DNA from: the human T2T-CHM13v2.0 reference genome, Homo sapiens
Strand: one strand, 5' to 3'
DNA length: 64,000 nt
NCBI RefSeq assembly: GCF_009914755.1
Contig: NC_060928.1
Shown here: positions 44,604-61,879 of the stretch, in pieces
Layout: each line of letters opens with the position of its first letter
How positions within the stretch are numbered: the stretch's first letter is position 1
Position numbers and translations under genes: made by a program
The notes under the pieces: generated by a model
The model's input: only the letters and a program-made list of their open reading frames with translations
What the model was told of the DNA's origin: nothing
Database searches by the model: none

Positions 44604-46055
44604 GGTCTTGGTATTTTTCTATAGCTAAAATAAGACAAATTTTAAATCTGGCATTGAAACTCAAATTAGCCTTATTTTAAATAACCAGTTGCATATTAGT
44701 TTTTCTCTTTAATTAATTTAATCTCCAACCCAACAGAAAGGGTGAAATATCCTGAAATAGTAATTTGTACTAAAAACTCTTAATTTGAAATTCCTTTAGC
44801 CAAGTTAGAAAAATATAATATTTCATTTACTCACAGGCATAATCAATTAAATCATGACTAAAGCCAAATCTTCAAAGCCAAAAATCTGGGAAATATGAAT
44901 AAAATACTAACTTGTTTGTGCCTGTTCATAATATCATTCAAACTTACTGGAATTTTTTACTGTTCCAGCAAATATTTCTAAAATTTATTATCAATACGAT
45001 AGTTAACAATCCTGCCATAATCTTGATACTTTGCTTATCTTAGGTTCATGGAATCATTTCTCCCTCAAACCTAAAAAAAAAACTAATGTGACAAATAGCA
45101 TGCCATGTCTTGTGGGCACGGTCCTGCACTGGACAATATTTAATGAGATTTAAGCTATCTTTCATTTCATCTTCTGGGACAAATCACAAAACCAGTCACT
45201 ACTGGAAAACAATGCAGTTTTAGGAATACAGCAAAAATCCTACCTAGGACCAATTTGTACCACCATGTCTAGGTATTTCATTTTGCTTTGCTTTTGCAGT
45301 CTTGCGCTCAGACATAGCAAGTGCTAATGTCATGCTTTTGTTGTATGTGTTTATTCTTCTTGTAATCACACTGTCATGGCACTATGTCACTTTAAGACTT
45401 CTCAATATTTGAATATTTGTCCAGAGTTTGCAACACTTCTTCAGCAGACACACAACCTTGCTATTTTCGACTTTTCGCTTTTGATAAGATAAAATAAATG
45501 CATCTTTTGGTAACCCTGGAAAATACATAGTTTATACTTCACTGGCTTTCTTTATAGGTTATAATCACTTTTAGCAGGGCTGGATTGGTGGGGGTGGGTC
45601 TTTCTGGGACCTTTTTCGTCTGTTTACTTGCAGGACAATCACTTTTTCATCTTGTCTCCATATGGATTACTTAACATGGGATTAATTTTTATTTTCATTC
45701 CACTTGATCAGAGAACATTTTATCTGTAAAGGAGAGCAATTTTTACTACTACTTTTAAAATATTATTTTGAGACAGTGAAGGTCAGAGAGGTTTGGTAAT
45801 TGTACATGGTCATGCTATACAAATAACCATTGCTGTTCTTTCTTATTTAAAACAAAAAAGTTCAAATAAAAACGGACATCAGTTGGTATTTGACAACACT
45901 GAAGAGAAGACTGTGAACAGCCCAACAGCACAAGCTTTGAAGGGCAAGACTTTTCACCTACAGCCAGAGTAATAATGTGGAAGCTTCCATGTGTAATAAA
46001 TAGTGAACAGTGGTCCAGCTCTGGTGCTTGGGAGGGCCTCAGGGCAAATGAGGTC

Positions 46056-46087
46056 GGGGGGGGGGGGGTGAGGGGGGAGGGGGGCGG
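46056..46087 (+). other. G-tract cluster, predicted G-quadruplex
   Basis: G13-TGA-G6-A-G6-CGG read directly. Confidence 0.75.
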
Positions 46088-47170
46088 AAAGCCTCGCTTC
46101 ACTTCAGTACACAAAGCAAAAGAAAGCTGAATGGGTGTTCAAATAACACGTGAACCTCTTTCCTTTCTGAACAGAATTTCTAGAATAATAACAGAAATGC
46201 CACAAATTTATCTTAATTTTAGGAAGACATTTGATGTATGTGTCTCTGATATACATTAACACAGGAAACAACAATCCCAAGCAAATAGAGCAAAAATTAA
46301 GGGTAAATGACTTTCAGAGATGTTCAATATAGTATTCGCAATACTTGTCTGTATGCCGGGAATACTCCACAATTCGAATTGAACAGAGAAGTTATGGTGC
46401 CTGGCATATGGTAAATTTGAGCTCAACATAAGGAAAAACGACTTAATTAGTATGTAAGTAATACGAAGACTGCTTCATAAAAGATTGGGGTCCCTGCTCC
46501 GTGAGTCTTTAGGCAACAGTTGTTAGGAATGTTAACATTCTTACAGAATGTTATAAAAGGGATTATGCCACCAGGTAAAAAGATTATGGTAAATTACCTC
46601 AAAGATCCAAGCTCAAAACTCTAAATCTAACTTCAAAATGTATTTTACATTATACTTGAATACTAGAGGGTGTGGTGACTTAGAAATTCATATTTCAACT
46701 AAAGCTAGAAACCGCACTTTAAGATATGGAATCTATGAAGGTCAATTCCTGCCATTCTACTAAAATTAATTCTGGGAATCTTGCAAGGCCTCTTAAAATG
46801 ATGCAAAAACCAAAATGACACAAGTGTTCTGACAGCCTTTTAGAGTGAGGATGCAATCGTTTTCAAATAAATTTAAAATGATTGTAGTTCCTGTAATACC
46901 AAAATAATTATAGAAAACAAAATGCAGTAACTTCTTTAATCTGCCAAAGATGTTGTAAAACAAGAAAAATTTGCTCACAAATAATCAAGCGCAGGCAGCA
47001 AGCAATTAGTCAAATATTGTTTATATCTGACTGGTAAAAATCATTTTAAAAAAATATTTATGGTCATCCCTTTAATTACCAAAGAAAATTCATGATTTGT
47101 AAAATTATCAGTGGTTTTATCACTCTTCAATTGCTAAGTAATTCACTTTTTCTCTTGACAAATGCTATAA

Positions 47171-47523
<353 letters not shown>

Positions 47524-48281
47524 TCTTTTTAACCTTCTCCCAAATTTCAATTTTAAAAAGTATGGAAACATACTACACTGACTAATATAATTACAGATTA
47601 TATTACATGACCTGCTAAAAATGCTGTGTAATGATACTCAGCCATAATATTTGGGCTTCACTGCAAAAATCTAAATTTCTTGCTGATAAAGCAATGTTCT
47701 CTGCAGGTGAATTTGTCAACATTTTATTGACTTTACATTTTCAGCCAGAACAGCAGTTATTGTCATATTACTTGATCTAATGAAAACAAGCAGCAAATTT
47801 TCCATTCACAATTTTAAGAGGAAGTTTTCTGTAACAGTTTCATTCATTAAATCAAATGAAAACAGCATCACAGTGGTACATTTTCTTATACACTGATGAA
47901 TGAATATGTATTTTTAGAATAATTTTCATACTACATTTTCATGTTGGCACAGAAAAATGGAATTCAACTACAAATTTATCATATAAATCTTTCCATTCTA
48001 CATCTAGAGTTAAGTACCAAGAGAAAATTTTTGGACAAATTCAGAAGTAGCCCAGTTAAGACATCAATCTGGGATTTACTACATACACTCCTAACTTCTA
48101 AAAATCTATTACTATAAGTACACCACACATAAGTTTACAGAAATCATACACTCGACAAATATTTATTAAGCAGAACTATCTGCCAGTATGAGGGAAAAAA
48201 AAGTGAATAAAACAAAAATCCCTATCCTTGCGGAGTTTACATTCCAGTGGGAGCTTAAGCCTTTTGGAGTTACTGCTTTAG

Positions 48282-48764
<483 letters not shown>

Positions 48765-50079
48765 AGTAGATTGTTTTACAATTTTACTATTCGTAGTAAA
48801 AAGTAGTACTTCTTTTTTTTCCATTAAACCAATTACAGCCTTCAACCCTCAATAGAATGTTTTCTGTTTATTCCATTTGTACTGCTCATGAATTTCTGGA
48901 CTATCAGATTACCCATTATCAACATGGTTTTCCTAGAATAACCAACCCTAATGTATTCAGTGGCTTCATATGGAGACTTTCTTTACTGATTTCATTAATG
49001 ATTCTCTGGACTCCCTTAAGTTAAAATGCTCTTCTCCCTACCACCCAAACCTATAATTAAAGTCTCCAGAAGTTGCCTACAAAGTCTCTGGAAGATGATA
49101 CGCCCACGAGAAACACACAATAAATCTTTAACTATTTAACAAAAATTTCAATTAATTCATCCAAAATTTTCTGTTCTTGCTTGTCAGAGGAAGGGAACAT
49201 GTGACCCCTTAGAAAAATTCTTTTTAATTTAAAGATGCAACATCTAAAATGCTTTCTAGGGTCATCTGTAATCAATGTGTTAACCTTTTATATGTATAGT
49301 TTTTTTAATTATAGAATGGAACTTATGCTATCTAATTATGACCCTAAGGTCCTATAAGATCAAACATCAGAGAAAATGTGTATAGATGATAGCTATATTT
49401 TACATGTTTATATAAAACAATTGCAATGAAAAGGTTTCTAAGTTAATAAAAATGTTAACTAGAAGAGAAAAATGAATAAATAGCTGCTCAAGGTCATAAA
49501 GCAAGTAAGTAGCTACAATTTAATCTCCAAAGTTTGTCTTTCCTCTTTTTCTCTGTGTTCACTGCCTCCAGCAAGCTTAGAGAAGCCTGACTTCTGTAAC
49601 AGAAACTATGAAAGCACAAATTCCCACAGATGATTTAGATGACCCATTTCTCCCAAATTTATAGCCCCAAAACAACTTTTCTAAATTTAAGGAAAGAAGG
49701 TCATTTGTCACCTGCAATCTCACAACTTGTACCAAAAGCCTCTAAAATGTTTATGATCTTTGACCCAGTAACTCCATTTCTAAGAGCTTTTTCTAGAAAG
49801 ATAATCAGACATGCACACACAAATTTATTTGCAAAGACGTTCATTGTACTATTATTCCTATGAGCAGAATATTGCAGTAGAGGCAAAGAACAAAAAGGAC
49901 CAGTTGAAAAAAAATCATGGCACATTCCTAAGATGAAATGTCATCCATCAATTTTTTTAAAAATATATTGACTACTTTGCGATAATATTCCACATACATT
50001 TTTACAAAGTGAAAAAAAATACATTTGGAAGCCAAGAACACACCTAGAAGGATACACTCAAATTGTCTCAGTATTCAAT

Positions 50080-50205
50080 CTCCGTTTCCTCATCTATACA
50101 ATAAGGATAATAAAATCTCTTAGGGCTATTTTCAGAACTAAGTGTAAAAGATGAAAAGTGCTTAAACAGTGCTTGACACACAGTAAGTACTCAATAATGG
50201 TAATA
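50080..50205. mobile_element. MIR fragment
   Basis: gtttcctcatctatacaataaggataat...gtgcttaaacagtgcttgacacacagtaagtactcaata. Confidence 0.75.
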
Positions 50206-50929
50206 TTTATTAACTTATACCACAAATGCTGATAACATTTGCAACAATTTCCCAAAAAAGTAATGAAGAAATAAAAATTCCTCATAATTCTAACACCTAG
50301 AGGTAGCCACTATGAATTCATTTTACCATCTGGGTTAATTTCTGTCAGGTCTTCCTACATAAATTAAACACTGTATACACTGTATACAACCGGAATCATA
50401 TTGTACAATATCTAGTGGTTACAAAACATTATTTTATAAATATATTATCTTCATTTAATCATTCCACTAATATTGAGCATTAAGTTCAATTCCTTTAGGC
50501 TCAGGAAATGAGTACTGCAGTGCTATTTCATGAATGTTGCTGAGCAACTATAATTTAGAAAATTATTCCTCAGAGAAGAAAATAAAGACTAGAAACTTAT
50601 AATTTCATAAATAGTAGATGGGGAAATGTTGAATATAGGATACTAAAGAGAAGAAATAAGAAACAATTATTTTTATTAGCCATATTCATGCAGGGAGGCA
50701 ACAGATTGTATTTAGCCCTGAGTTAGGATTTTTCAACCTCACTGTTGCATTATTTCTTGTGACCTGGAGCAAAGTCCCTTCTTCACATTTCTTACTATGG
50801 GCCTAAATCGCCTTTTTGACTAGGTCAGGAAGTAGTACAGTATAATGTTTAGATACAAAGGCTCTGGAATTAGGTTAAGTCTAGAACTCTCCTTTATGAT
50901 TATTTCCTGAGTTATCTAGGACAAGTTAG

Positions 50930-51244
<315 letters not shown>

Positions 51245-52865
51245 TAAGCCTTAGTTTCTCATGTGAAAGTTGGAGGTTGTAATAAATATTGCTTATTTAT
51301 TATTGTTGTTAGAGGTTTATGTCATATAATTCATGTTAAGGTGTTAGCAAAATGCTTGAAATATGGCAAGTACTTAATAAATGGAAACTACCTGTACTAT
51401 TATCTATAAAAATAAAAGAACGGACTAAAAGATCTCTTTAAAAAAAGGTTCAATTCCTCATTTCTATAAGTAATATTGTAGTGAATATCTTGATTGGCAA
51501 TCTTTGTACACATCTTTGATTTCTCCCTTAAGAAAAAGTCTTGAAACAGAATTGCTATTTCAAATGGTATGAAATACACTTGGCTTTACTCCCCTACTGA
51601 CCTATGTGGAATGCAGACACATACTGCCTGTTAAAAAATGCAAATGTCTTCCTTTTCTCCATGAGTACTTTAAAAGCTGTTAATTGGCCTTTTCACACCT
51701 TTTCTACTATTTCTTGGTACAATTGCTTGTCGGTATTTCTTTTTTCCACTTACTCCATTTAAGCTATCTCATTTTCCTTTATATCGCTCTAACATCCCAT
51801 ACACAAATTTAATTATCATAATTCAGTATATTCTTCAAAAAGGTTTTTAAGATTCTTCTTTATCTATCTAAAAACGGAAGTCCTTGTCTCTTACAAATGC
51901 ATACTGAAGTATTTACAGGTGAAATGTTGTGACAAAGAAAATGACTCAAAAATAATTGGGACCTGCAGAAAGAGGGTGGGTAACAATGGTTTCATAAATG
52001 TTTGAGCTGAGGAATGGGCACCTGAGCATTTATTCTACTATTCTCCCCGTTTATTTTTTAATCCCTCTCAGTGGGAGAAAATTGTTTTTAAATTATATCT
52101 TTAAAAGAAGACATAAATATTAAAATAACAATCATGGTTTAGCTTCAACCGTTGATACAACAAAACAATAATTCAGCGATTTAAAAAAAAAAAAAAGACC
52201 AAAAATACTTAAGCCAAGTTCAAAAGTGAAGGAAACAACTACAGTATTTAGAATCTCTCAATTATATTTGCCAGTAATTCCCACAGATAAAAACATACTA
52301 CAATGCATTTTTCCAAACCATGGCTTCAGCATACCATGCTGATTCTCCAAAACAATATTAGTATTTATATTGTGCATTACAAGAATACAATTAGGCCTCT
52401 GTATGTGCCCACATGAATATTTGATGAGGAGTTTTATTATGTACGAGTATTAAATAATCCAAATTCTCTTGGTGACTAAATCGCATCTTGGTACCAAGTT
52501 AGGCACATCATAAGCAATACCTACAGATTAACAGAGCCACCAAAGTGTTTTATTTTTGCCCAAAGGCATGCAAGGAAGACCAGCATAATGAAAAAATGAT
52601 CTCACTGCATATTTTTTACTATCACAGGGAAATATCACCTGGTTTCTGGGTAGAAAATGCTTGACTTTGGTGTCAGGCATGACAGCAAGAGAGCACAGCA
52701 AAGAGATTAAGCTGCATATCTCGGGATGAAGAACAATGGCTGCTCTCCAGGTTTCAAGTGGGGGGTGGGAGGTGGAGGAGAAGACACATTAAAGATATGT
52801 TTTCTAAAATCTTTTCACTTCAATAAAAAAATACATTTAAAAAAGTATTTAAAAATTTAGAATAC

Positions 52866-53203
<338 letters not shown>

Positions 53204-53350
53204 TGATATATTGGAAATAATCTGCAATATGCTTTGGTAGTCTCTAACGTAATTACAGGAAAAACAAGTGTTATATTCTAGTCATTTCCCACTAAAATTA
53301 TTTCTTGACTTCATAATTTGTAAATCCCTGGCCCAAAAAAACTGCCCCAT

Positions 53351-53651
53351 GGCTGGACATGATAGCTCACTCCTGTAATCTCAGCACTTTGGGGGGCCAA
53401 CGCAGGGGGATCACTTGAGCTCAGGAATTTGAGACCAGCCTGGGCAACATAGTGAAACCTCATCTCTAGTAAAAGTAAAAGAAGTCAGCTGGGCATGGTG
53501 GCACTAGCCTGTAGTCCCAGGCTAAGGTGAGAGGATCACCTAAGCTTGGTAGGTAGAGGCTGCAGTGAGCAGTGACTGTGCCCCTGCACTCTAGCCTGGG
53601 CAACAGAGTGAGACCCTGTTTCAAACAAACAAACAAACAAACAAACAAAAA
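53351..53651 (+). mobile_element. AluJ with (CAAA)n tail
   Basis: Diverged full Alu body. Confidence 0.9.
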
Positions 53652-54167
53652 ATTGGCCCACATCTCCTGCTTACTGAGCAAAGGAGAAAATGCGTAAGAA
53701 TCAGTGAACTACTGTTTAAACATACCCCTAAGAGAAGATAACCTCCAGAGTTTCTTCCTGTTCTAGAGCTCTGTGGTGCTGTAAGAGTTGCTCTGAGACT
53801 GTGATCCTCTAAAGGGTACATACATCATTACATCTCCCACAGAAACTAGAAAAGTGGTGTTCGGAAAAATAGAGTACTAAATAAAGATGTACTAGCTTCA
53901 ACTGATAATGTGCAAACTACGCATATATGTAAAGGTCTCCGTCATTTAAAGGTAAGTTTTCCACGTATGATTACAGGTAAAAATCAATGCTACTATGTAT
54001 CATTTGAAAATTCATAAGCATTAAGATGTTAACATATATTTACTGTAAATATATATATATATATTTGTATGTGGGTACAATGTATGACAAAATACATAAA
54101 ACAAATGCCACAGAACAAATACTATTCTTGTTACTTTGTCCATAAATATAATAAACTGCAAAATTAT

Positions 54168-55259
54168 GATATAGGCATGAGCAAAGACTTCATGATTAAA
54201 ATGCCAAAAGCAATTGCAACAAAAGCAAAAATTGACAAATGGGATCTAATCAAACTAAAGAGCTTCTCTACATCAAAAGAAACTACCATCAGAGTGAACA
54301 GGCAACCTACAGAATGGCAAAACGTTTTTGCAAGCTACCCATCTGACAAAGGTCTAATATCCAGAATCTACAAGGAACTTAAACAAATTTACAAGAAAAA
54401 AACAACCCCATCAAAAAGTGGGCAAAGGATATAAATAGACACTTCACAAAGGAAGACATTTATGCAGCCAACAAATATATGAAAAACAGCTCAACATCAC
54501 TGATCATTAGAGAAATGCAAATCAAAACCACAATGAAATACCATCTCACGCCAGTCACAATGGCGATGATCAAAAAGTCAAGAAACAATAGATGCTGGTG
54601 AGGCTGTGGAGAAATAGGAATGCTTTTACACTGTCGGTGGGAGGGTAAATTAGTTCAACCATTGTGGAAGACAGGGTGGCGATTCCTCAAGGATCTAGAA
54701 CCAGAAATACCATTTGATCCAGCAATCCCATTACTGGGTATGTACCCTAAGGAATATAAATCATTCTACCATAAAGACACATGCACACATATGTTTACTG
54801 CAGCACTATTTACAATAGCAAAGACATGGAACCAACCCAAATGCCCATCAATGATAGACTGGATAAAGAAAATGTAGTACATATACACCATGGAATACCG
54901 TGCAGCCATAAAAAAGAATGAGTTCACGTCTTTTGTGGGGACATGGATGAAGCTAGAAGCCATCATCCTCAACAAACTAACACAAGAACAGAAAACCAAA
55001 TACCGCATGTTCTCACTCATAAGTGGGAGTTAAACAACGAGAACACGTGGACACTGGAAGGGGAACATCACACACTGGGGCCAGTCAGCAGGTGGGGGGC
55101 AAGGAGAGGGAGAACACTAGGACAAATAGCTAATGCATGTGGGGCTTAAAACCTAAATGATGGGGGGATAGGTGCAGGACACCATTATGGCACACGTATA
55201 CCTATACAACAAACCTACACGTTCTGCACTTGTATCCCGGAACTTAAAGTATAATAAAA
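54168..55259 (+). mobile_element. 5'-truncated L1PA (L1PA8-like)
   Basis: ORF2 C-terminal peptides ([34 protein letters not shown]) and L1 3'UTR. Confidence 0.95.
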
Positions 55260-55406
55260 TATATATATACATAATCAAATTAAATTACTAACTTTTAGTT
55301 TCAATGGTATTATTTTTCTCCTGCCTGCTTAATGATACTATTATTAAGCAAGAAAATAAGAAAAAAAAAACATAAGCCCAGTATAAAAGAAAAATAACGA
55401 TAAGAG

Positions 55407-55457
<51 letters not shown>
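55407..55457. repeat. (ATCT)12 tetranucleotide STR
   Basis: Read directly. Confidence 0.95.
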
Positions 55458-56055
55458 ACTTTCACAAGTCAACCATGATCAACAGCACTCTTAAATCCAT
55501 CAGGTTTTGGCTCAAACAATCTCTGCTTTTGTCTTAAAATGAATAATTTTTCTCCAAAAAAAGTCAATTACAAGGTTTTTTCCTATATGCATCAAATTTC
55601 AATAAACTATTATGGTGTAACTGAAGAAGAAGAATAAAGGAAGCTACATCGAAGACTTGGAATTTTAAACCACAATAAAACCTTGTACAGTAAGGATAAT
55701 AAGGTCAATTCCTATATTTTTATATACTATAAAATACCATATGATACAGTAAAAGCCATTTCTTATAACAGCCTGAAAATTATGACTCTTACTTTCTTTC
55801 CATTTTTACCTAAATTTTACCTAAAATTTCCATTCTTTTGAGGTTTTGACTTATTTGGAAAAAATCTAGAATTTTACCAAAATTAATATAATTTCAGATT
55901 TGTAAACAAGGGAAATGTTTACAAACTTTTTTTACTTCAAAAAATAATGTATTTTTACAGGTGCCAATTTTAAATCTCCAGCTCTAGTTTACATTTCTCA
56001 CCTTTCTTGGATTTCTCAATGTTGATTATAAACTAACTAAAATGAAGCATACTTC

Positions 56056-56319
56056 TATTTTTATTTTTTGGGATGGAGTCTCACTTTGTCCCCCAGGCTG
56101 CGGTGTCTCAGCTTACTGCAACCTCTGCCTCCTGGGTTCAAGCAATTCTCCTGCCTCAGTCTCCTGAGTAGCTGGGATTACAGGTGCACGCCACCACACC
56201 CGACTAATTTTGTATTTTTAGTAGAGATGGGGTTTCACTATGCTGGTCACGCTGGTCTTAAACTCCTGACCTCAGGTGATCCACCCGCATGGGCCTCGCA
56301 TGAGCCACCATGTCTGGCC
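56056..56319 (-). mobile_element. AluS with small internal deletions
   Basis: Alu body; TSD aaaatgaagcatactt. Confidence 0.92.
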
Positions 56320-59080
56320 CTAAAATGAAGCATACTTTTAAAAAGCTTCATAGAGAAGTACTTAAAGAAAAAAATGAAATAGAGAATTTGCATTGGCAAA
56401 GAAGAAATAAGAATGGTAATGATGAGGATAGTACAGAATGGGAATAGCATCTCTGGAGACTTTTCATTAAAGACCTGTTAGTGATCAAGTTGAAGGATAC
56501 AATTGAACCAATTGATGTTGAGGCATTTCCACAGGCACAGGGAGACCTGCATTTAACATTTACTGGGGATCAACCTAAGCTCCAGGAATCTATACTCAGT
56601 GGCACTTACACACACAGCTGCTACCATCAAGGAGTTTACAGACAAGCTGGAAAGGAGACATGGGCAGTAGCATGTTTCAAGTGCTTTGAGAGAAGTTACC
56701 TAAATATGTTCAAGCTGCAACCAGGTACAAAGGAGACAGTCATCAACCTGAGTGGAGAAGGGAACAGGAAAGACTTCACTGAAGAAGTGGTGCTCACAGC
56801 TCCTGTTACCAGAAGACTTACTATAGCCACAATCTGTAACTACGCGAATGGGTTCTTGCCTCTCTTTGAGAAGCTAGCTAACTGATGACTTTTAAAAAGC
56901 TACATAAGTAACATATTCAGGTGTTAATAAACAAGATGTTTTTCCTGTAAGCCTCCCTGCCACAATTTCTCAATGTGACGTGATGGGCTCCAAAGCTGGA
57001 TGCTATCACACACCCTCTGAGTTACACAACAGCTCCTGGCTCTGTCCCAAAAGTGGTTATCTTGGTATTGCCTCCTCCCCATGTTTGTGAAAGAAAATAC
57101 TGTGCTGGGTGAGATTTACACTGATTGACAGTTCCTCTCGCTCTAGAAATGTATAAAGCATAATAAGCAGTTTATTCAGATCAACATCCTCTGTAGAGAA
57201 AATAACACATTTCCAAGTTAGTAACAAAACAACATTCCAAATTAGTTTGGTCACTATGGATGACCATATAGAACATGCCACCACAAAGCTTAATCCTTCA
57301 CATTCCAGTACACATCCTGTAACTCTGAAAAAACATGCATATAAGAGTCAGTAGGCACCACCCCCACCCCAACCCCCACAAATAGGCTTTATTCTCCACA
57401 GTGGTTAAGTCAGTCTAAACAAGTAACAAATATAGGAGGGTAGAATTCAGAATTGGTTCACTGCACTCTAACAAATGGTGCCCTAGAAATCCAAGTTAAT
57501 TAAATACCCATAACAACAGCAGCAACGACTAATTACCGAGAGCCTACTATGTGTGACCATCTAAGATGCTTCACATATGTTACTTCATTTTAACCCAAAC
57601 CAGCCCATAATTTCAGTAAATGTTCAACTTTACAAATGTGGAAACTGACAAAGCTAATAAATGAACTGAAAAGTACTGTACCTCTGGATTATATTTTAAA
57701 GTATAAGCTGTTATATGGAGTTGAGATAAAATTCTCAAATTAAAATGCAATTATTTTCAATGGCTGTTTGGAAGATAAAATGCAATTATGATTTCAATAT
57801 GTCCTTATATTGATTCTGAACCTCAGAACAGAAAAAGCTAGAGAACTCTCAAAAAGGATAACTAAACATAATTAACACATCATTTGCTTTAAATATTTCA
57901 TGAAAACATAAGAGTTTGCCCTATCAAAAGTAAAAAATAGTGGGGGATGGGAAAGAGATCATACTGTGACCAACAAATCACAGAGATGCTTATTTGAAGA
58001 CTAAATTCAATCCTCATCTGTTAATATCTTACTATTTAAAGTTCAATGAACAACTTCATAAAGGAAAGAGATTGTCCTTTGTTTCAGCCAAGATTTTTAA
58101 ATCTTTAATCTAAAATACATGCTTCTCAAAGATGGATGCTAACAATTTAAACAAGGTGCTAATTCAATCAGTTGCACAATTCTGGCTCAGCAGTTTCTCT
58201 ATTACAGGGAAAATGTGACAAAGTAAACAAGCCCTACCTGTGGTTTAACATGAAAATTCCCTCCACTCCACATAAATCGCCCTTCTTCTTCTGGGTCCCT
58301 ACATGCCTCTTTTCCTTTTTCCTCCTCTATTTTGAGAGAATATTTGGCCCCTGGATCAGTTACTGGTGTTCAGGGTCATCTGAATTGTATCTTTTGAATA
58401 TTGTCTACAGATCCAGTTCCCAATCTAGATTTGCTACTACTCTTAAGAATTTTAACATACATTTAAATCATATTAAGCTAGATATTAATGTTAACTAGAA
58501 TATTTATTAGAGTAAAGCAAAAAGACAAAAAAAATTTAAGTGCTCTAAAAACCTAACACCAGGTATAGTATAATAAAGGAACAGAGTCCGACTGCCTATC
58601 GAGCACTGCACTAGGCAGTGAGAGACACGAATGATGAATAAGACACCACCTACCACCTTAAGGAATTTGTGGTGTGGTGTGACTCACCCAGCTAGCTCTA
58701 TACTGTCTCAGAAGGAGATTGTGGTAGAAAGTTCTAATACGGTACAAATGCAGTTATTACAGAAAAACAAAAGATTTTTTTTTAATATATCAGGCTTCTG
58801 AATTAATGCCATGATTATATTTGAAGCTGTAATACTCACGTAGAACTTAAAATGAGAGGGGAAATAAGACACCGGGAGGGCAAAGTGAGACACTGGGTCA
58901 TTTCTCCCACCTCATCAGGTTTTTTTCACCATCACTACTAGTTACATAAATCCTACGTGAAATGCAGTATTTTACTTATGACAATTTTACATTTTAAGCC
59001 TTTCATAAACCTGTCAAACCATGAGCTACAATGAATATTTTTGCTTTTATAGATTCTCAGTTTTAAAAATAGTAACTTTC

Positions 59081-59393
<313 letters not shown>

Positions 59394-60720
59394 TCATCAC
59401 TCCAAACTAAATGCATTATAATTGAAGCTTACTGTACCAAATAATTTCACTCTTACCTGTAAGTACTTGCCCTAGTTACTGTTTCAAAGTAATTTTTTAA
59501 AAAAACTTAAAATCACATTGCAGAAACTAGACTCAAGGTGCTTATTTAATCTTAGGCAAGCTCATTTAAAAATTCCATTAAGATACTTCTACCTTAAAAT
59601 AATACAACCAAAATAGTTTTCATTAGTTAATATTATTGAAACACCAAAACTGTTAAATGTGACTTTAGAAAATTGACTTTTAAATGGGTTTAAAAGGTTT
59701 AGTTTCTACTATATTTCAGATAACAAAAATTCAGTATAGGACCAAAATTATTATCATCGCCCAACTCTTTTATTGCATCAATATGTATTAGGAGACAAAA
59801 ACAACTATTTAATTCAAGAGGTGATCCAAAGAAACTAAAAGTTAGATTAATATCTGTAAAGTCATATCCACAACAAATCTGTAAAAACCCCATTTCCAAT
59901 GTAATTTCAGAGAAATGATTTCATATGAGAAGGCTACACAATGTATGCAGTATAGTTACACAATACTAAGCCACAGTTACCCACACAAAATCACTTAACC
60001 TCATTTATAGGAAGAAAAGGAGAGGAAAAAGAAGGGAGTGAAGGAAAAATTGAATAAGAGAGAGACAGAAGGAAACCTGTAAGGATTTTTAAAAAGAGAG
60101 TATATGAAATCATTTTGCAAGTTGTAGGCAGTAAATAATATTAGTACCCTTCCCTTTACAAAAGAAACATGCTGGCTGGCGCTGATCTATTAACAAAATC
60201 AAGTATGAGAATCAAGTAAACTAATCCTTGTCAATAGACAGACTATTACATTTACTCTAGAAAGATACACGCTAAGAAGTCAGCTAAGCGGACAATGAGT
60301 CCAAAGGTATCTCAGATAAAAGCAGAGGTGCATTCAAATACCTACACATTCATTATTTTATTGACCATTTTCTGCTACCTGGCGATCAAATATTTAATGC
60401 CCTGAATATGCCATTACCCCCAGTAAGTCATAAGAACTCTAATATCGTCATACTGTCTTATAAACATATTTTTGTCAACCCAATATACAGAATATAAGCA
60501 TTATTTGATGTGCACTGAACTATAAAAGCTGCTTCAAACAGCAAGTAACATTCTTCTGTTTCTAAATGAGGTTACTCCCAAAAGTTCTATTCAAAATTTT
60601 ATAAAATTATACTTGAGACTTCCTTCTTTTATAAGAAATTTGAATGACTGATCCACCACATGGAATGCTCCCTAATCTCATACAATTCAACATATATCTA
60701 CTGGGTTCCTATCAGTTTTA

Positions 60721-61347
<627 letters not shown>

Positions 61348-61879
61348 ATACATAATTTCTTTGTACTCCAAATAAATACATGAATATTTCTCAACATAAA
61401 CTATGATAAATCTTAGAATTGACACAGCAAAAGAAAACTGAGTATATGTTGAGTTAAAAAAATTAATCTTGGGATCTAAGAAGGATCAGAGAATAGTGGG
61501 GGTTGGTGGAGAAGAGAGGTACAGATGTCATGATGGAAGATCGGAGATGAGCTAAGAAAAGAGGCAGAAAAGTACCCATCTTGGCTGCCCAAAGAAAGTT
61601 GTCTCAGGAGAGCAGATCTTGAAACCTAAAGAAAATGATAAAAGCTTCAATACCAGATGGGATCTCATTCTTCCACAATCATAGAACCACCGTAAGTTTT
61701 TGAGAAAGGAAGTGATATGAACAGACTGTTGACTCTAAAAGTTGTCTTCTGAAGCAGACTAGATGGGGAATAGGGACTAAGACAGTATGGGACCAATTTT
61801 TAAAAATCTATCCCAGTAGTCAAGAGAGGGAATGAACAAAATCCTGAATTAGAACTGAAAGAATTTTATAACTGAACAA

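Noticed and set aside
45244-45515. Possible minus-strand exon (ttttccag|GG ... TAG|GTAGGA)
   Set aside because: The best frame closes after about 44 codons with no recognisable peptide; the motif pair could be chance.
46370-46430. Faint U6 snRNA-like words (aattgaacagagaag)
   Set aside because: Similarity is too short and gapped, with no U6 5' end, tail or TSD.
56481-56885. 134-aa plus-strand ORF
   Set aside because: Non-ATG start, antisense to the gene, partly L2-like sequence, no recognisable domain.
59450-59470. CAG|GTAAGA on the minus strand as a recursive or cryptic splice site
   Set aside because: No pyrimidine tract upstream and no clear acceptor to define an exon.
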